Shown: positions 18,226-29,023 of the stretch, one piece after another | Layout of the letters: each line of letters begins with the position of its first letter | How positions within the stretch are numbered: position 1 is the first letter of the stretch | The notes under the pieces: generated by a model | Databases searched by the model: none | What the model was told of the DNA's origin: nothing | What the model saw: only the letters and a program-made list of their open reading frames with translations | From: Candidatus Omnitrophota bacterium | Lineage (GTDB): Bacteria; Omnitrophota; Gorgyraeia; Tantalellales; Tantalellaceae | Direction of reading: 5' to 3' | Assembly (NCBI GenBank): GCA_034723315.1 | Contig: JAYEOV010000063.1 | Coordinates: forward strand, 1 to 57,040 | DNA length: 57,040 bases | Position numbers and translations under genes: made by a program

Positions 18226-18456
18226 ATGGCAAGAGAATGTTATATATGCGGGAAAAAACCGGTCAGCGGAAGAACCATAGCCCGCAGGGGTCTCGCCAAG
18301 AGTAAAGGCGGTGTGGGCCGCCGGATAACCGGAAAAACCCTGCGCCGGTTCGAACCTAATATCCAGACCGTTAACGCGCTTATTGACGGAAAAAAGAAAA
18401 AGATCAAGGTCTGCGCTAAATGCATCAAGGCGGGCAAGGTCACAAAAGCCGTCTAA
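18226..18456 (+). CDS. rpmB: 50S ribosomal protein L28
   Basis: MARECYICGK...RRFEPNIQ...KVCAKCIK; divergent from recG. Confidence 0.93.
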   Translation: MARECYICGKKPVSGRTIARRGLAKSKGGVGRRITGKTLRRFEPNIQTVNALIDGKKKKIKVCAKCIKAGKVTKAV

Positions 18457-18459
18457 CCA

Positions 18460-18501
18460 CTTTCAGCCTTCAGCTTTCAGTCTTCAGCTATCAGCTTTCA
18501 G
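18460..18501. repeat. Heptamer tandem array (ctttcag)x6, degenerate
   Basis: ctttcag ccttcag ctttcag tcttcag ctatcag ctttcag immediately after the rpmB stop. Confidence 0.8.
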
Positions 18502-18524
18502 CCGTTTTGTTTGAATAAAAAATA

Positions 18525-18708
18525 ATAAATTAAAAAATCCCCCTGGCCCCCTTTTTCAAAGGGGGGAGGCGAGCAACTTAGCTGGCCTTCGGGCGAACTT
18601 TTTACCTGTCCCGTAGGAGCGGTCTCCAGGCCGCGAACAAAATTATCACCATGGGTTCGCCGCCTGGAGGCGGCTCCTACGGCTTTGGTTATTGAAATTC
18701 CGTTACGA
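18525..18708. repeat. Composite GTAG-type REP/REPIN element, copy 2
   Basis: Near-identical direct copy of 10929-11113. Confidence 0.85.
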
Positions 18709-18715
18709 AAACATA

Positions 18716-18773
18716 TTCCGGGGACATGCTTAGGCGATCTAAATAGTCGTATACAACAGGCGTGTCCCCGGAA
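18716..18773. repeat. 58-bp GGGGACA...TGTCCCC hairpin repeat, copy 2
   Basis: ttccggggacatgctt...caggcgtgtccccggaa. Confidence 0.8.
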
Positions 18774-18775
18774 CT

Positions 18776-20467
18776 TTATACGATCTGCAGGTCCTTAATA
18801 TTCAGCTGTATCGAATCTATCCCCGCCCAGCTGTTAATGGAAGGTGTATAGGCCAGGTTTATACTTTCCCCGGGCCTTGGTTTCGAGATATCGTTCTTCC
18901 TGAAAGTTATCGCCTCGCAGGTCAGGTTGCCGCAAGTGGCAAGAAATTTAAAGCCGTTCCTTCCGATGTCGCGGGGGTTATTTTTCACTTTTATGCCGTT
19001 TGTGGAAAATACCGGCTCGCTGTTGCCCGGGCCATGAGGCATGAGCATCCGGAGCTCGTCGATAAGTTTAACCCCTATATAAGAAAAGGGAAGGTCCAGA
19101 TCGATCGTTAGTTCCGGAACTCGCGCCTCTTTGTCAAGAAAATGTTTCTCCGCCGCCCCGTTAAGGGTTTCCCTGAAAAGACGGATATTCTCCTTTTCTA
19201 TCTTCAGGCCGCAGGCCTGTTCATGTCCTCCGAAATCTATAAGATGTTCACCCGCATCGTTGATGGCCTCAAAAAGGTTAAAGCCCGCAACGCCCCTTCC
19301 GGAACCTTTACCCCTGTCCCCGTCAAGAGCTATCAGGATAGCCGGCTTGCCGTATTCCTCGGTAAGCCGGGAAGCGACTATCCCGATAATGCCCGGGTGC
19401 CAACCTTCGTCCGCCAGGACAATGACTTTGTCGTTATCCAGGTCCACGTCCGTTTCAACCCTTTCGAGCGCCTCTTTAAGGATACCTTTCTGGATATTCT
19501 GACGGTTCCTGTTCTCGCGCTCAAGAATGCCCGCTATCTCACTCGCCCTGGCGGCGTCGGCGCACATCAGAAGGTCCAGCGCGACGTTCGCCGATCCCAC
19601 GCGGCCCATCGCGTTTATCCTGGGCCCCAGCGCAAAACCGATATGACGGCATGTAAGTTTTTCAGGTTCCACGCCCGCTACCTTCATCAGGGCCTTAAGC
19701 CCCGCCTTATCCGTCCGCCTGAGCTTTTTCAGGCCCGCTTTCGCAAGGATCCGGTTCTCACCGTTCAGCGGGACGATATCCGCGACTGTCCCAAGGGCGA
19801 CGAGGTCGAGATGTTCATCAACCGCATCTTCCTGTCCTTTCATCAGGGCTCTGGCAAGTTTATAAACCACACCCACTCCCGCCAGGAAATTGAACGGGTA
19901 CGGGCAGTCCGGCTGATGGGGGTCGATGATCGCGTAAGCCGGCGGGTGGACCTCCGTTTTCACTTCGTGATGGTCCGTCACTATCACGTCTATACCATAA
20001 TTATTCGCGCATTCTATCTCTTCCGCCGAGTTTATGCCGCAATCGACCGTGATTATGAGCTTCACTCCGTGCTCCCGCGCCAGGGCCACGGCCCTGATAT
20101 TGAGCCCATAACCTTCTTCTATCCTGTTGGGTATGAAAGTTTCATAATCCGCCCCCATACGTCCCAGAACGTCAGCAAGAAGCGCGGTCGACGTCACGCC
20201 GTCCACGTCGTAGTCCCCGTATATAAGGATCCTCTCTTTTCCCGCTATCGCCTTCTTTATGCGGTCCACCCCCTTTCGCATGTCCTTCATGAGAAAGGGG
20301 TCGTGACATGAAGAAAGCCTGCCGAAAAGGAACTCCTGCGCCTGTTCCGGCGTCCTGACGTCGCGGTTAAGAAGGATCTGCGCGAAAACGGGTGTTATTC
20401 CCAGATCGCTGCTGAGAACCTTCTGTCCCCTGGGGTTGGTTTTGTGGAATTTCCAGACCATTCTCAT
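18776..20467 (-). CDS. recJ: Single-stranded-DNA exonuclease RecJ
   Basis: IYGDYDVDG, EGYGL, TVDCG, TDHH, LGTVAD, PRINA.GR, GSGR, FGGH..ACG. Confidence 0.96.
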   Translation of the reverse strand: MRMVWKFHKTNPRGQKVLSSDLGITPVFAQILLNRDVRTPEQAQEFLFGRLSSCHDPFLMKDMRKGVDRIKKAIAGKERILIYGDYDVDGVTSTALLADVLGRMGADYETFIPNRIEEGYGLNIRAVALAREHGVKLIITVDCGINSAEEIECANNYGIDVIVTDHHEVKTEVHPPAYAIIDPHQPDCPYPFNFLAGVGVVYKLARALMKGQEDAVDEHLDLVALGTVADIVPLNGENRILAKAGLKKLRRTDKAGLKALMKVAGVEPEKLTCRHIGFALGPRINAMGRVGSANVALDLLMCADAARASEIAGILERENRNRQNIQKGILKEALERVETDVDLDNDKVIVLADEGWHPGIIGIVASRLTEEYGKPAILIALDGDRGKGSGRGVAGFNLFEAINDAGEHLIDFGGHEQACGLKIEKENIRLFRETLNGAAEKHFLDKEARVPELTIDLDLPFSYIGVKLIDELRMLMPHGPGNSEPVFSTNGIKVKNNPRDIGRNGFKFLATCGNLTCEAITFRKNDISKPRPGESINLAYTPSINSWAGIDSIQLNIKDLQIV

Positions 20468-20496
20468 AATTACAGTATCCGTTATTCTGCATCCCG

Positions 20497-21384
20497 TCAG
20501 TCTGTAATACCGCGGGGCTCGACGTGCACAATAATATCCCTTACGTTCTGAATATCCCTGAAAAGGTCTTTCCTGATCTTCATCGTTACGAGGTGTCCCT
20601 CTTCTACGGTCTTACCGCCGTCCACGCCTATTACTACCTCAATAAAAAACTCTATACCGGTCTTTCTCACCATTATTTTTTTCACTTCTTCCACGCCCTC
20701 GACACCCAGGACCGAATTCTCTATCTTTTTCCTGAACTCTTCGGGAGGCGCCGCGTCCATAAGCTCGTCATAAGCCGCGTGGAAGGCCTCGGCCCCTATC
20801 TTGATTATGAAACCCGCAACGATTATACCCGCGAGCGGGTCCATGAACGTCTTGCCCAGTTTCGCCCCGGCTATGCCTATAAGCGCCGCTACCGAAGACA
20901 GGACATCGCTCCTGTGATGGTAGGCTTCCGCCTTCAGGGAAGTGCTTTTTATCTCATTACTCACCGCGATAACGCGTCTATAGGTTATCTCTTTAATAAT
21001 GATGGAGATCACCGCGGCGACAAGAGCGATTGCCCCCGGTTCGACCATGCTTCCCGCGATCAGGGTCCTGGCGGAATTATAGGCTATCCCCAGACCGACA
21101 AGGATCAGTATCAGCGAAACTATTTTGGCGACGATGGACTCGGCGCGGCCATGCCCGAAAGGGTGATGTTTATCCGCGGGTTTTCCGGCTATCTTAAAGC
21201 CGACAAAAACCCCCACGCTGACCAGGATGTCGCTTCCCGTATGAAGGGCGTCAGCGATCATGGCCTGGGACCTGCCCGCGATACCGGCGAAAAGTTTCAG
21301 CGCGAAAAGCAGGATATTGCTGAAAATTCCCAGCCGGGCGCCTTTTTCGCCTATCTTGTAGCTGTATTCATGAATACGCGGCAT
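20497..21384 (-). CDS. Cation diffusion facilitator family transporter
   Basis: S.AMIADALH..SD, PAD.HHPFGHGRAE, HHRSD, C-terminal VHVEP; multiple TM helices. Confidence 0.92.
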   Translation of the reverse strand: MPRIHEYSYKIGEKGARLGIFSNILLFALKLFAGIAGRSQAMIADALHTGSDILVSVGVFVGFKIAGKPADKHHPFGHGRAESIVAKIVSLILILVGLGIAYNSARTLIAGSMVEPGAIALVAAVISIIIKEITYRRVIAVSNEIKSTSLKAEAYHHRSDVLSSVAALIGIAGAKLGKTFMDPLAGIIVAGFIIKIGAEAFHAAYDELMDAAPPEEFRKKIENSVLGVEGVEEVKKIMVRKTGIEFFIEVVIGVDGGKTVEEGHLVTMKIRKDLFRDIQNVRDIIVHVEPRGITD

Positions 21385-21515
21385 TGTAAGAAAATTCTTT
21401 AAATAAATTAAGCGCTTCGCGCAACTTTGGAGCTGCATGGTGCGCTTAATTTATGATAAGGGGGCTTCGCCCCCTTAAAATCCCCCGTTTTATTGAAATT
21501 CCGTTACGAGAACTT

Positions 21516-21603
21516 AGATCTCTCGACTCGGTCGCCTTCGGCTCCCTCACTCGGGATGACAACTTTATGTCATCCCGAGTGAGCAAAGCGAATCGAGGGA
21601 TCT
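21516..21603. repeat. Inverted pair of TGTCATCCCGAG...GATCT palindromic repeats
   Basis: agatctctcga...ctcactcgggatgaca-acttta-tgtcatcccgagtgag...tcgagggatct. Confidence 0.75.
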
Positions 21604-21881
21604 GATTTGTGTCAGCTTTTGAAATTCCGTTACAAGGACTTAACTCGTGGACCGTTGACTGCGGACCGCAGGCTGTTATCTTAATCCTATCCGTTCTCCA
21701 AAATCTGAACAAATCTGTTCAGGGCTTGGTTCCTGCTTCATAGAGGCCGGTTTCACTCAGAACTTTCGTATTTGAGCCAGCGCCTTCCTCTCCACAGGCT
21801 TGAAATCCGGTGGAACTCACCGTACTCGCAAGATCGATCGCGGCATTAAGATCCCGATCGATCTCTAACCCCCTTTTGCCC

Positions 21882-24113
21882 TTACCGCTTCCGGATGACC
21901 TTCCTGCCCGGCCAGTCGATAAGCAGAGGGCTGGCGATGAATATGGACGAATACGTACCTACTATCACGCCGACCAACAGGACGAACGAGAAGTCGTTGA
22001 TGACCTTCCCGCCGAAGAGGAACAGGGCCAGAACTACAAGCAGGGTCGTCAGAGACGTCAACACTGTCCGTGAAAGCGTCTGGTTTATGCTCGTGTTTAT
22101 TATCTCTTCCTGCCCGGCTTTGCGCATGAACTTCCTGTCTTCCCTTATACGGTCAAAGAGGACAATGGTATCGTTAATTGAATAACCTACGATCGTCAAC
22201 AGCGCCGCTATGACAGGCAAGGATATCTCCCGTCCGGTCAGCGCGATCATGCCCAGAGAGATAAGGACGTCATGGATAAGCGCTATTATGGCGGTTATCG
22301 CGAACCTGAACTCGAACCTGAACGAGATATACAGACATATCCCTATCATCGCGAATATCAGGGCTTTGACAGCCGCCCTCCTGAGATCCTCCCCTACGGC
22401 GGGCCCGACGGTCTCGATCCTCATCATCTCAAAGGAACCTTCCCCGAACTTTTCGCGAAGTCCTTCCAATATCGTCTCCGTCTTCACCCCGTATGACTTG
22501 ATGATGTATTCCCTGCCTTCGCCGAACTGCTGTATGGCGGCTTCCCCCAGCCCGATCCCTGAAAGCACCCCCCTTATTTCCCTGACAGGGATGACTTCCC
22601 TGAACCTGAACTGCTGGAGCGTTCCTCCGGTAAAATCTATCCCGTAATTCTTTACCCCCCTGTGGACGAAAAGGGACATACCGAGAATTATCACCAGGAG
22701 CGAAACCCCGTACGCTATCTTGCGGACCTTAACGAACGGGATGCTGGGCCGGCTGAAAAACTGCAGCATGGGCAGCTTTTGCATCTTGGGCCTGTACACC
22801 GTTATAACGTCCAGTATGAGACGCGTTACAACGAGCGCCGTGAACATGCTGGCGATTATGCCTATGCTCAGGACCGTGGCAAAACCCCTTACAGGTCCCG
22901 TCCCGAACTGGAAAAGGATAAGCGCCGTGATCAGTGTGGTCAAGTTCGCGTCAAGGATCGTCCAGAAGGCCTTGTCATAACCCGCGTGGATAGCCGCCCT
23001 GAGCGTTTTGCCGAGCCTGGACTCCTCGCGTATCCTTTCAAAGATAAGCACGTTCGCGTCCACCGACATACCGATCGTGAGCACGAGACCCGCTATGCCG
23101 GGCAGCGTGATGGTCGCGCCGAAATACGACAGCGCCCCGGTTATGATCAGTATATTGAGAACGAGAGCGAAATCCGCGATAACACCGCACAGGAGATAAT
23201 ATATCACCATGAAGACAAGGACGCATATGCCGCCGGTGATTATCGCCCTGATACCCTTCTCCACGGAATCTTTACCGAGAGCCGGACCGACACTGCGCTC
23301 TTCAATGATCTCCACAGGCGCGGGCAGAGCACCGGCCCGGAGCACGAGCGCGATATCCTTGGCTTCCTGTACGGAAAAATTGCCGGTTATCTGGGCTCTT
23401 CCGGAAGGGATCCTCTCCCTTATGACGGGAGCGGTGTAGACCTCGCCGTCAAGGACCACGGCAAGCCTTTTCCCTACGCTCATGCTCGTGATATGGTCGA
23501 ATATCTTCGCGCCTTCATTGTTAAATTCAATAGACACATACGGCTGTCCGAACCCCTGCTGGCTGAACTCCGTGGTAGCGTCCACGAGCATGTCACCTGT
23601 CAGGACGACATCGGTCTCAACAAGCAGCGTTTCCTCTTTCCCGTCCCTTCTTTCCATGCGTTTAAGTTCGTATCCTTCTACCGCTTCTTCGGCGGCCGCT
23701 TTCTTAAGAAGTTCGGGATCGTCGCCAACGAGCCTGAATTCCAGGTGAGCCGTTCTGCCGATAATGTCCTTGGCCCTCTCCGTATCGGTAATACCGGGAA
23801 GCTGGACAAGTATGCGGTTCTTGCCCTGGAGCTGGATCACCGGTTCCAGAACGCCGAACTCGTCTATCCTGTTCCTTATTATCTCGACCGCCCTCTGGGG
23901 AGCGTCCTTGGCCGCGTTCGGTTCCAGCTTGGACGTGTCCACTTCCAGGACCAGGTGCATACCCCCCTGAAGGTCGAGACCCAGGTTCAGCTTACCCTCT
24001 TTTACTATATCCCCTTTTTCGTCATGGATGTCCAGGGGCGGATAAGAGAACCATATCGCCAAACCGGCGATAATCACAACTAAAACGCTTTTCCACTTCA
24101 GGTTTTTCCACAT
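21882..24113 (-). CDS. secDF: Fused protein translocase subunit SecDF
   Basis: LGLDLQGG, VGPALG, VDANVLIFERIREE, GIDFTGG, GYSINDTIV.FDRIRE. Start trimmed to MWKNL (AAGGA SD). Confidence 0.95.
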   Translation of the reverse strand: MWKNLKWKSVLVVIIAGLAIWFSYPPLDIHDEKGDIVKEGKLNLGLDLQGGMHLVLEVDTSKLEPNAAKDAPQRAVEIIRNRIDEFGVLEPVIQLQGKNRILVQLPGITDTERAKDIIGRTAHLEFRLVGDDPELLKKAAAEEAVEGYELKRMERRDGKEETLLVETDVVLTGDMLVDATTEFSQQGFGQPYVSIEFNNEGAKIFDHITSMSVGKRLAVVLDGEVYTAPVIRERIPSGRAQITGNFSVQEAKDIALVLRAGALPAPVEIIEERSVGPALGKDSVEKGIRAIITGGICVLVFMVIYYLLCGVIADFALVLNILIITGALSYFGATITLPGIAGLVLTIGMSVDANVLIFERIREESRLGKTLRAAIHAGYDKAFWTILDANLTTLITALILFQFGTGPVRGFATVLSIGIIASMFTALVVTRLILDVITVYRPKMQKLPMLQFFSRPSIPFVKVRKIAYGVSLLVIILGMSLFVHRGVKNYGIDFTGGTLQQFRFREVIPVREIRGVLSGIGLGEAAIQQFGEGREYIIKSYGVKTETILEGLREKFGEGSFEMMRIETVGPAVGEDLRRAAVKALIFAMIGICLYISFRFEFRFAITAIIALIHDVLISLGMIALTGREISLPVIAALLTIVGYSINDTIVLFDRIREDRKFMRKAGQEEIINTSINQTLSRTVLTSLTTLLVVLALFLFGGKVINDFSFVLLVGVIVGTYSSIFIASPLLIDWPGRKVIRKR

Positions 24114-24135
24114 ATTCGTGAAATCCTTTCTTATA

Positions 24136-24263
24136 TCGTGGCTCGTGGCTCGTGCTTGTCCCGTACCCTTGTGGTACGGGGACCCGTGGCTCGTGATTCG
24201 TCGCTCGGGGTTCGTGACTTGTATACGAGACACGAGCGATGAGTCACGAGACACGATTCACGA
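24136..24263. repeat. Head-to-head heptamer array (tcgtggc)n / (acgagac)n with an inserted hairpin
   Basis: About 8 tcgtgNN units followed by about 5 reverse-complement-like acgaNNN units, interrupted by cccgtacc-cttgt-ggtacggg. Confidence 0.7.
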
Positions 24264-24590
24264 TTATTCCCCTGTCTTCGGTTTCTTCAACTTGGATATG
24301 GCGCTCTTCTGGACTTTTATCCTGGTATTATCGTCAATACGCAGGGTTATCACGTCGTTCTGCATATTGACAATAGTGCCATAAATGCCGCCTGAAGTGA
24401 CGACCTCATCGTTCTTTTTCAGTTCATCGATCATCTTCGCGTGTTCCCGCTGCTGTTTCTTCTGGGGGCGTATAAGCAGAAAATAAAAGATAACGAAAAT
24501 AAGCACTATCGGCAGCAACCCCATCAGCGGACTCTGCTGGACAGGAGAACCTCCCGCCGAAGTGCTTTGTGCGAATGCAAGAGTTAACAT
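24264..24590 (-). CDS. yajC: Preprotein translocase subunit YajC
   Basis: IFYFLLIRPQKKQQ, DEVVTSGGIYGTI; between tgt and secDF. Confidence 0.96.
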   Translation of the reverse strand: MLTLAFAQSTSAGGSPVQQSPLMGLLPIVLIFVIFYFLLIRPQKKQQREHAKMIDELKKNDEVVTSGGIYGTIVNMQNDVITLRIDDNTRIKVQKSAISKLKKPKTGE

Positions 24591-24718
24591 TTACTACTCC
24601 TTCTTTTAAGATTTTAGCGATCAGTTATAATTGAACGTATTAATTATACTAATAATTCCAAAAAAGACAATACCCGCTTTAACAAAGAGAGCTGCGAAAT
24701 GATATATTTCTGACACTC

Positions 24719-24870
24719 TGTCATCCTGCCTGCCCCGAGCGAAGCCGAGGGGAGCGAGGGCGAAGCCCGAGTCGAAGGATCTATAGTTCATATTTAATAA
24801 GGGTTTCAGATTCCTCAACTCGGCCGCAGTTTACCCCGAGCGAAGTCGAGGGGGCTCGCTCGGAATGACA
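24719..24870. repeat. Inverted pair of TGTCAT(C/T)C..GAG repeats, each carrying a nested 24-nt CCCCGAGCGAAGYCGAGGG insert
   Basis: tgtcatcct...gaaggatct (24719-24782) and agattcctc...cggaatgaca (24808-24870); inserts at 24728-24751 and 24829-24852. Confidence 0.7.
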
Positions 24871-25005
24871 GGAGAGGACCATTTCGCAACTCTCCCTAAC
24901 AATAACCCGGCATTAAACTCGCGTCAATGGATCAGCACGCCATGCTCGCGGTCCACTGTCCATTGTCTACGGTCGAGGAGTGGTCCATTGTCCGTGGACC
25001 AGTAC

Positions 25006-26124
<1,119 letters not shown>

Positions 26125-26223
26125 TTATCGTCCTGATAAAAACATAGCCCGGGGCCCCTCCCGAGCTATATCATGTTGTAATACAGTACGAGATCGTGGT
26201 TCGTGGATGATGAATGGTGGAAG

Positions 26224-26281
26224 TTCCGGGGACACGCTTGTTGCAGGCGCCTATTTAGTGCGCCCAAGCATGTCCCCGGAA
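26224..26281. repeat. 58-bp GGGGACA...TGTCCCC hairpin repeat, copy 3 (inverted)
   Basis: ttccggggacacgcttg...caagcatgtccccggaa. Confidence 0.8.
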
Positions 26282-26334
26282 TATATTTTTATATACGAGA
26301 TACGTGATACCCATAGCGAGCAAACTCGTTCAAT

Positions 26335-26691
26335 CTACGTAAGCTCCTGAACAGCCTCCACCAGGGTAGTCATCCTGCCGCCCTTTACCAGGAAACGGTC
26401 CGCGGTCCTGGCATAGACACTATTCTCGTATTCCCGATAGCCGGTATATATTATTATCCTGGAATACGGGGCGACCTCTTTCAGGGTAGAAAGTATGGAA
26501 AGACCGTCCTTCTCGGGCATCATAAGGTCCAGAATTATGAGAAACGGGTTGTTCTTCTCAAGATAGGCGAGCAGTTCATAGCCGTTATGGACCGAATCGA
26601 CCTTGTACCCCATCTCTTCAAAAACAGTGGAAACGAGATCGCATATCCCCTTGTTATCATCCGCTATGACTATCTTCCTGGATCTCTGCAT
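26335..26691 (-). CDS. Single-domain response regulator (CheY-like receiver)
   Basis: IADD, ILDLMMPEKDG, YTG, conserved K. Confidence 0.9.
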   Translation of the reverse strand: MQRSRKIVIADDNKGICDLVSTVFEEMGYKVDSVHNGYELLAYLEKNNPFLIILDLMMPEKDGLSILSTLKEVAPYSRIIIYTGYREYENSVYARTADRFLVKGGRMTTLVEAVQELT

Positions 26692-26715
26692 CGACCTGAC
26701 CTTTCAATAGCACCC

Positions 26716-27081
26716 TCAGGGCAGGACCTTTTTCACCCGTTCTACCAATTGCTCCGGCTGGAACGGTTTCGTAATATACTGCACCACGCCGAAGAACTTC
26801 GCGGTAAGCCTTTCCACATCGTCGTCAAGGGATGTCAGGAATATCTTCGGGATATCCCCATATAGCCCCTTTTCCCTGAAATCCTCCAGAAGGTTGAAAC
26901 CCGATCTCTCCGGCATGAAAACATCGATTATCAGCAGTCCAGGATCGTAATTTTTTATGTATTCCTCGGTTTTAGTAGAGTCGGTCAGTGTTTTAACCTC
27001 ATATCCTTCCCCTTCAAGGATGTCCTTCAGGGTGGTCAGAAACTCCACATCATCGTCTATCGCCAGTATGACCTTATTCAT
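26716..27081 (-). CDS. Single-domain response regulator (CheY-like receiver)
   Basis: IDDD, IIDVFMPERSG, FLTS, KPF. Confidence 0.9.
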   Translation of the reverse strand: MNKVILAIDDDVEFLTTLKDILEGEGYEVKTLTDSTKTEEYIKNYDPGLLIIDVFMPERSGFNLLEDFREKGLYGDIPKIFLTSLDDDVERLTAKFFGVVQYITKPFQPEQLVERVKKVLP

Positions 27082-27128
27082 ATTTCGATTTTCCTTTCTC
27101 CATTAAAAACAGTCTTATTTTATCACTA

Positions 27129-27692
27129 TTACCGGCGCGTTGTAAAGGATTTTGGGGGTTCTTTTAAAATGTTGAACCTTATTACCAGAAAAGCCGTGAT
27201 GCCGCTCGCGCCGTTGAAGAGAACATCCCTCCAGTCGAAGAACCTGCCCGGCAGGAAAAGCTGGATAACCTCGTCCAGAAACCCCGCCGCGACGCAGACA
27301 ACCCCTCCCAGCAGATAGAGTTTCACATCAAACCTGTCGAAATCCACCTTCAGCGCGTTATACAGCAGAAAACTCAACCCCCCGTATTCCAGGAGGTGTA
27401 CCTTCTCAACAGGCCGCACGGCAAGTAAGTTCAATTCAAAGAATATAGCCACAAAGATCAGGAGCATGAAATATCTGTCAGGTAATTTTTCTTTTTTTAC
27501 GAAAACCATGAAGGCAACAAGAGCAATAAAGCTTAAGGCCGCGGGGATATACACAAGGATCATTGCCTTCCCTCCCATAAAGGCATCCAGACTGTCCCAC
27601 ACCCTCGGAGCGATACCAAGAGTGGCATAGATGCATAAGAGATAAACGGCTATTACCCCCCACCATATGGTTCTAAGTCTTTTCTTTTCCAT
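27129..27692 (-). CDS. VanZ-like membrane protein
   Basis: EKVHLLEYGGL, DEVIQLFLPGR, D..DVLFN..G; several TM helices. Start trimmed to MEKKR because the longer ORF runs through the 180-bp repeat. Confidence 0.8.
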   Translation of the reverse strand: MEKKRLRTIWWGVIAVYLLCIYATLGIAPRVWDSLDAFMGGKAMILVYIPAALSFIALVAFMVFVKKEKLPDRYFMLLIFVAIFFELNLLAVRPVEKVHLLEYGGLSFLLYNALKVDFDRFDVKLYLLGGVVCVAAGFLDEVIQLFLPGRFFDWRDVLFNGASGITAFLVIRFNILKEPPKSFTTRR

Positions 27693-27719
27693 TACAAACC
27701 TGCTGTTCCGGGTTTTCAC

Positions 27720-27899
27720 AGAACCCATTTTATAACCCTGTTCGTTGCGAGGCTGAGCGAAAAAGCCATTGACAAGGCCTGAGGGGCAAAATGCCCGGAA
27801 ACGTAGCCGGTGCGCTACGTTGAGGACATTTTGCCCCGAAAACGCGGTCAATGGTTTTTGCAGCCAGCCGCAGTAGAACAGGGTTATGAAATTGGTTCT
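27720..27899. mobile_element. 180-bp palindromic MITE-like element, copy 2 (inverted)
   Basis: Reverse complement of 12181-12360 with few mismatches. It supplies the last codons and stop of the nucleotidyltransferase gene. Confidence 0.75.
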
Positions 27900-29023
27900 A
27901 TAAATATCTGTTTTACGATCTTGCCGGATATACCTAAAAAATGCCCCAGGTGACGCGGATAAGACACAAAACTCAACAGGATAAACCTTACCGTATCCCA
28001 TATGCTGTCAAACATCACCAGTTCCGCAAAATAATCCACATCACCGGGGTTCGCTTTTATCCTCCTGAAAGCCCACCTGTCAAGCCTTCTTTCTATCCGG
28101 GCAAGTTCTTCTATAACATGTCCCGGAATATCCGTGCCCAGAAGATCTTTCGTGAAAAGAAGCGAATAATAAACCGGCCTTCTGATCCTATACTCCCGTG
28201 TCAGCCTGAGGAATTCATCCCAGTCTATCCGTCCCTTGTGCCTGTTGATAAACTCGTGAATGTCAACGAACCACTTAAGACCCGCAAAACTGTGCTGAAT
28301 AGAGATATGGAGACACTGGTAAAGAAGATCATGGACAAGACCGGGAGTGAAGACCTTTATACCATCAAGACTTACCTCCCTCCTCCCTTCCCATGCGATC
28401 CCCGGGGTCAGCCCCAGCATCCTGTTATGCAGTATGCGCCCGAGAAAGCCCTTGTGAACATCCAGAAAGATCCTGTCCTCGAATGAATAGCTTATCTGGG
28501 AACGGTAGCTTTCCCCGGTTGTTTCCCCATCACAAAGCCGGAACCCTTTCTCTGAAAAAACACGGTTCACTTTCTTTAGTTCTTCCGGGACCACCAATAT
28601 GTCAATATCAGCGAAAGCCCTCAGCCCCCTGTCCCGGTATACGTCCATTATAAGAGGGACTCCTTTGAGGAAGAGAACCTTCAGGCCGTCTTCATGGAAT
28701 ACCGAAGATAACTCCTTTACCTTTTCCAGGATATATACGTTTCGCGACAGATCACCTGCCGATCCATCTCTCACGAAGTCCATCACGAACTCGGGCACGT
28801 GCCCTGTAAGAATTTGAAGCTGCCTGTAAACGAGGGATATCACGTCCTGAAAATTCACCGCGTCAACAAAATATTCCCAGTCTATCCTGCCCGACGATAC
28901 CAGAAAATTCGCGCGGGACCTTTCATCACAGGACAATTCTTGCCTGGAAAGCAGCAGGAGGAGCTCATCCTCCGCCGCAGCAGGCGACCGGTCAAGGGCG
29001 GGATACGGGTTCAACGACTTCAT
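27884..29023 (-). CDS. Nucleotidyltransferase family protein (NTP_transf_5-like)
   Basis: LFLKG...Y...GLR...DIDILV, LDVH, H...H...LKWFVDI, IDW. Confidence 0.85.
   Translation of the reverse strand: MKSLNPYPALDRSPAAAEDELLLLLSRQELSCDERSRANFLVSSGRIDWEYFVDAVNFQDVISLVYRQLQILTGHVPEFVMDFVRDGSAGDLSRNVYILEKVKELSSVFHEDGLKVLFLKGVPLIMDVYRDRGLRAFADIDILVVPEELKKVNRVFSEKGFRLCDGETTGESYRSQISYSFEDRIFLDVHKGFLGRILHNRMLGLTPGIAWEGRREVSLDGIKVFTPGLVHDLLYQCLHISIQHSFAGLKWFVDIHEFINRHKGRIDWDEFLRLTREYRIRRPVYYSLLFTKDLLGTDIPGHVIEELARIERRLDRWAFRRIKANPGDVDYFAELVMFDSIWDTVRFILLSFVSYPRHLGHFLGISGKIVKQIFIEPIS

Noticed and set aside
18460-18775. Possible CRISPR array among the clustered repeats
   Set aside because: There are no regularly spaced identical 25-40-bp repeats with unique spacers, and no cas genes.
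19142-24083. Long + strand ORFs (19142-20311, 20524-21402, 22662-24083)
   Set aside because: They are antisense to recJ, the CDF transporter and secDF, as expected from codon bias in GC-rich genes, and show no motifs.
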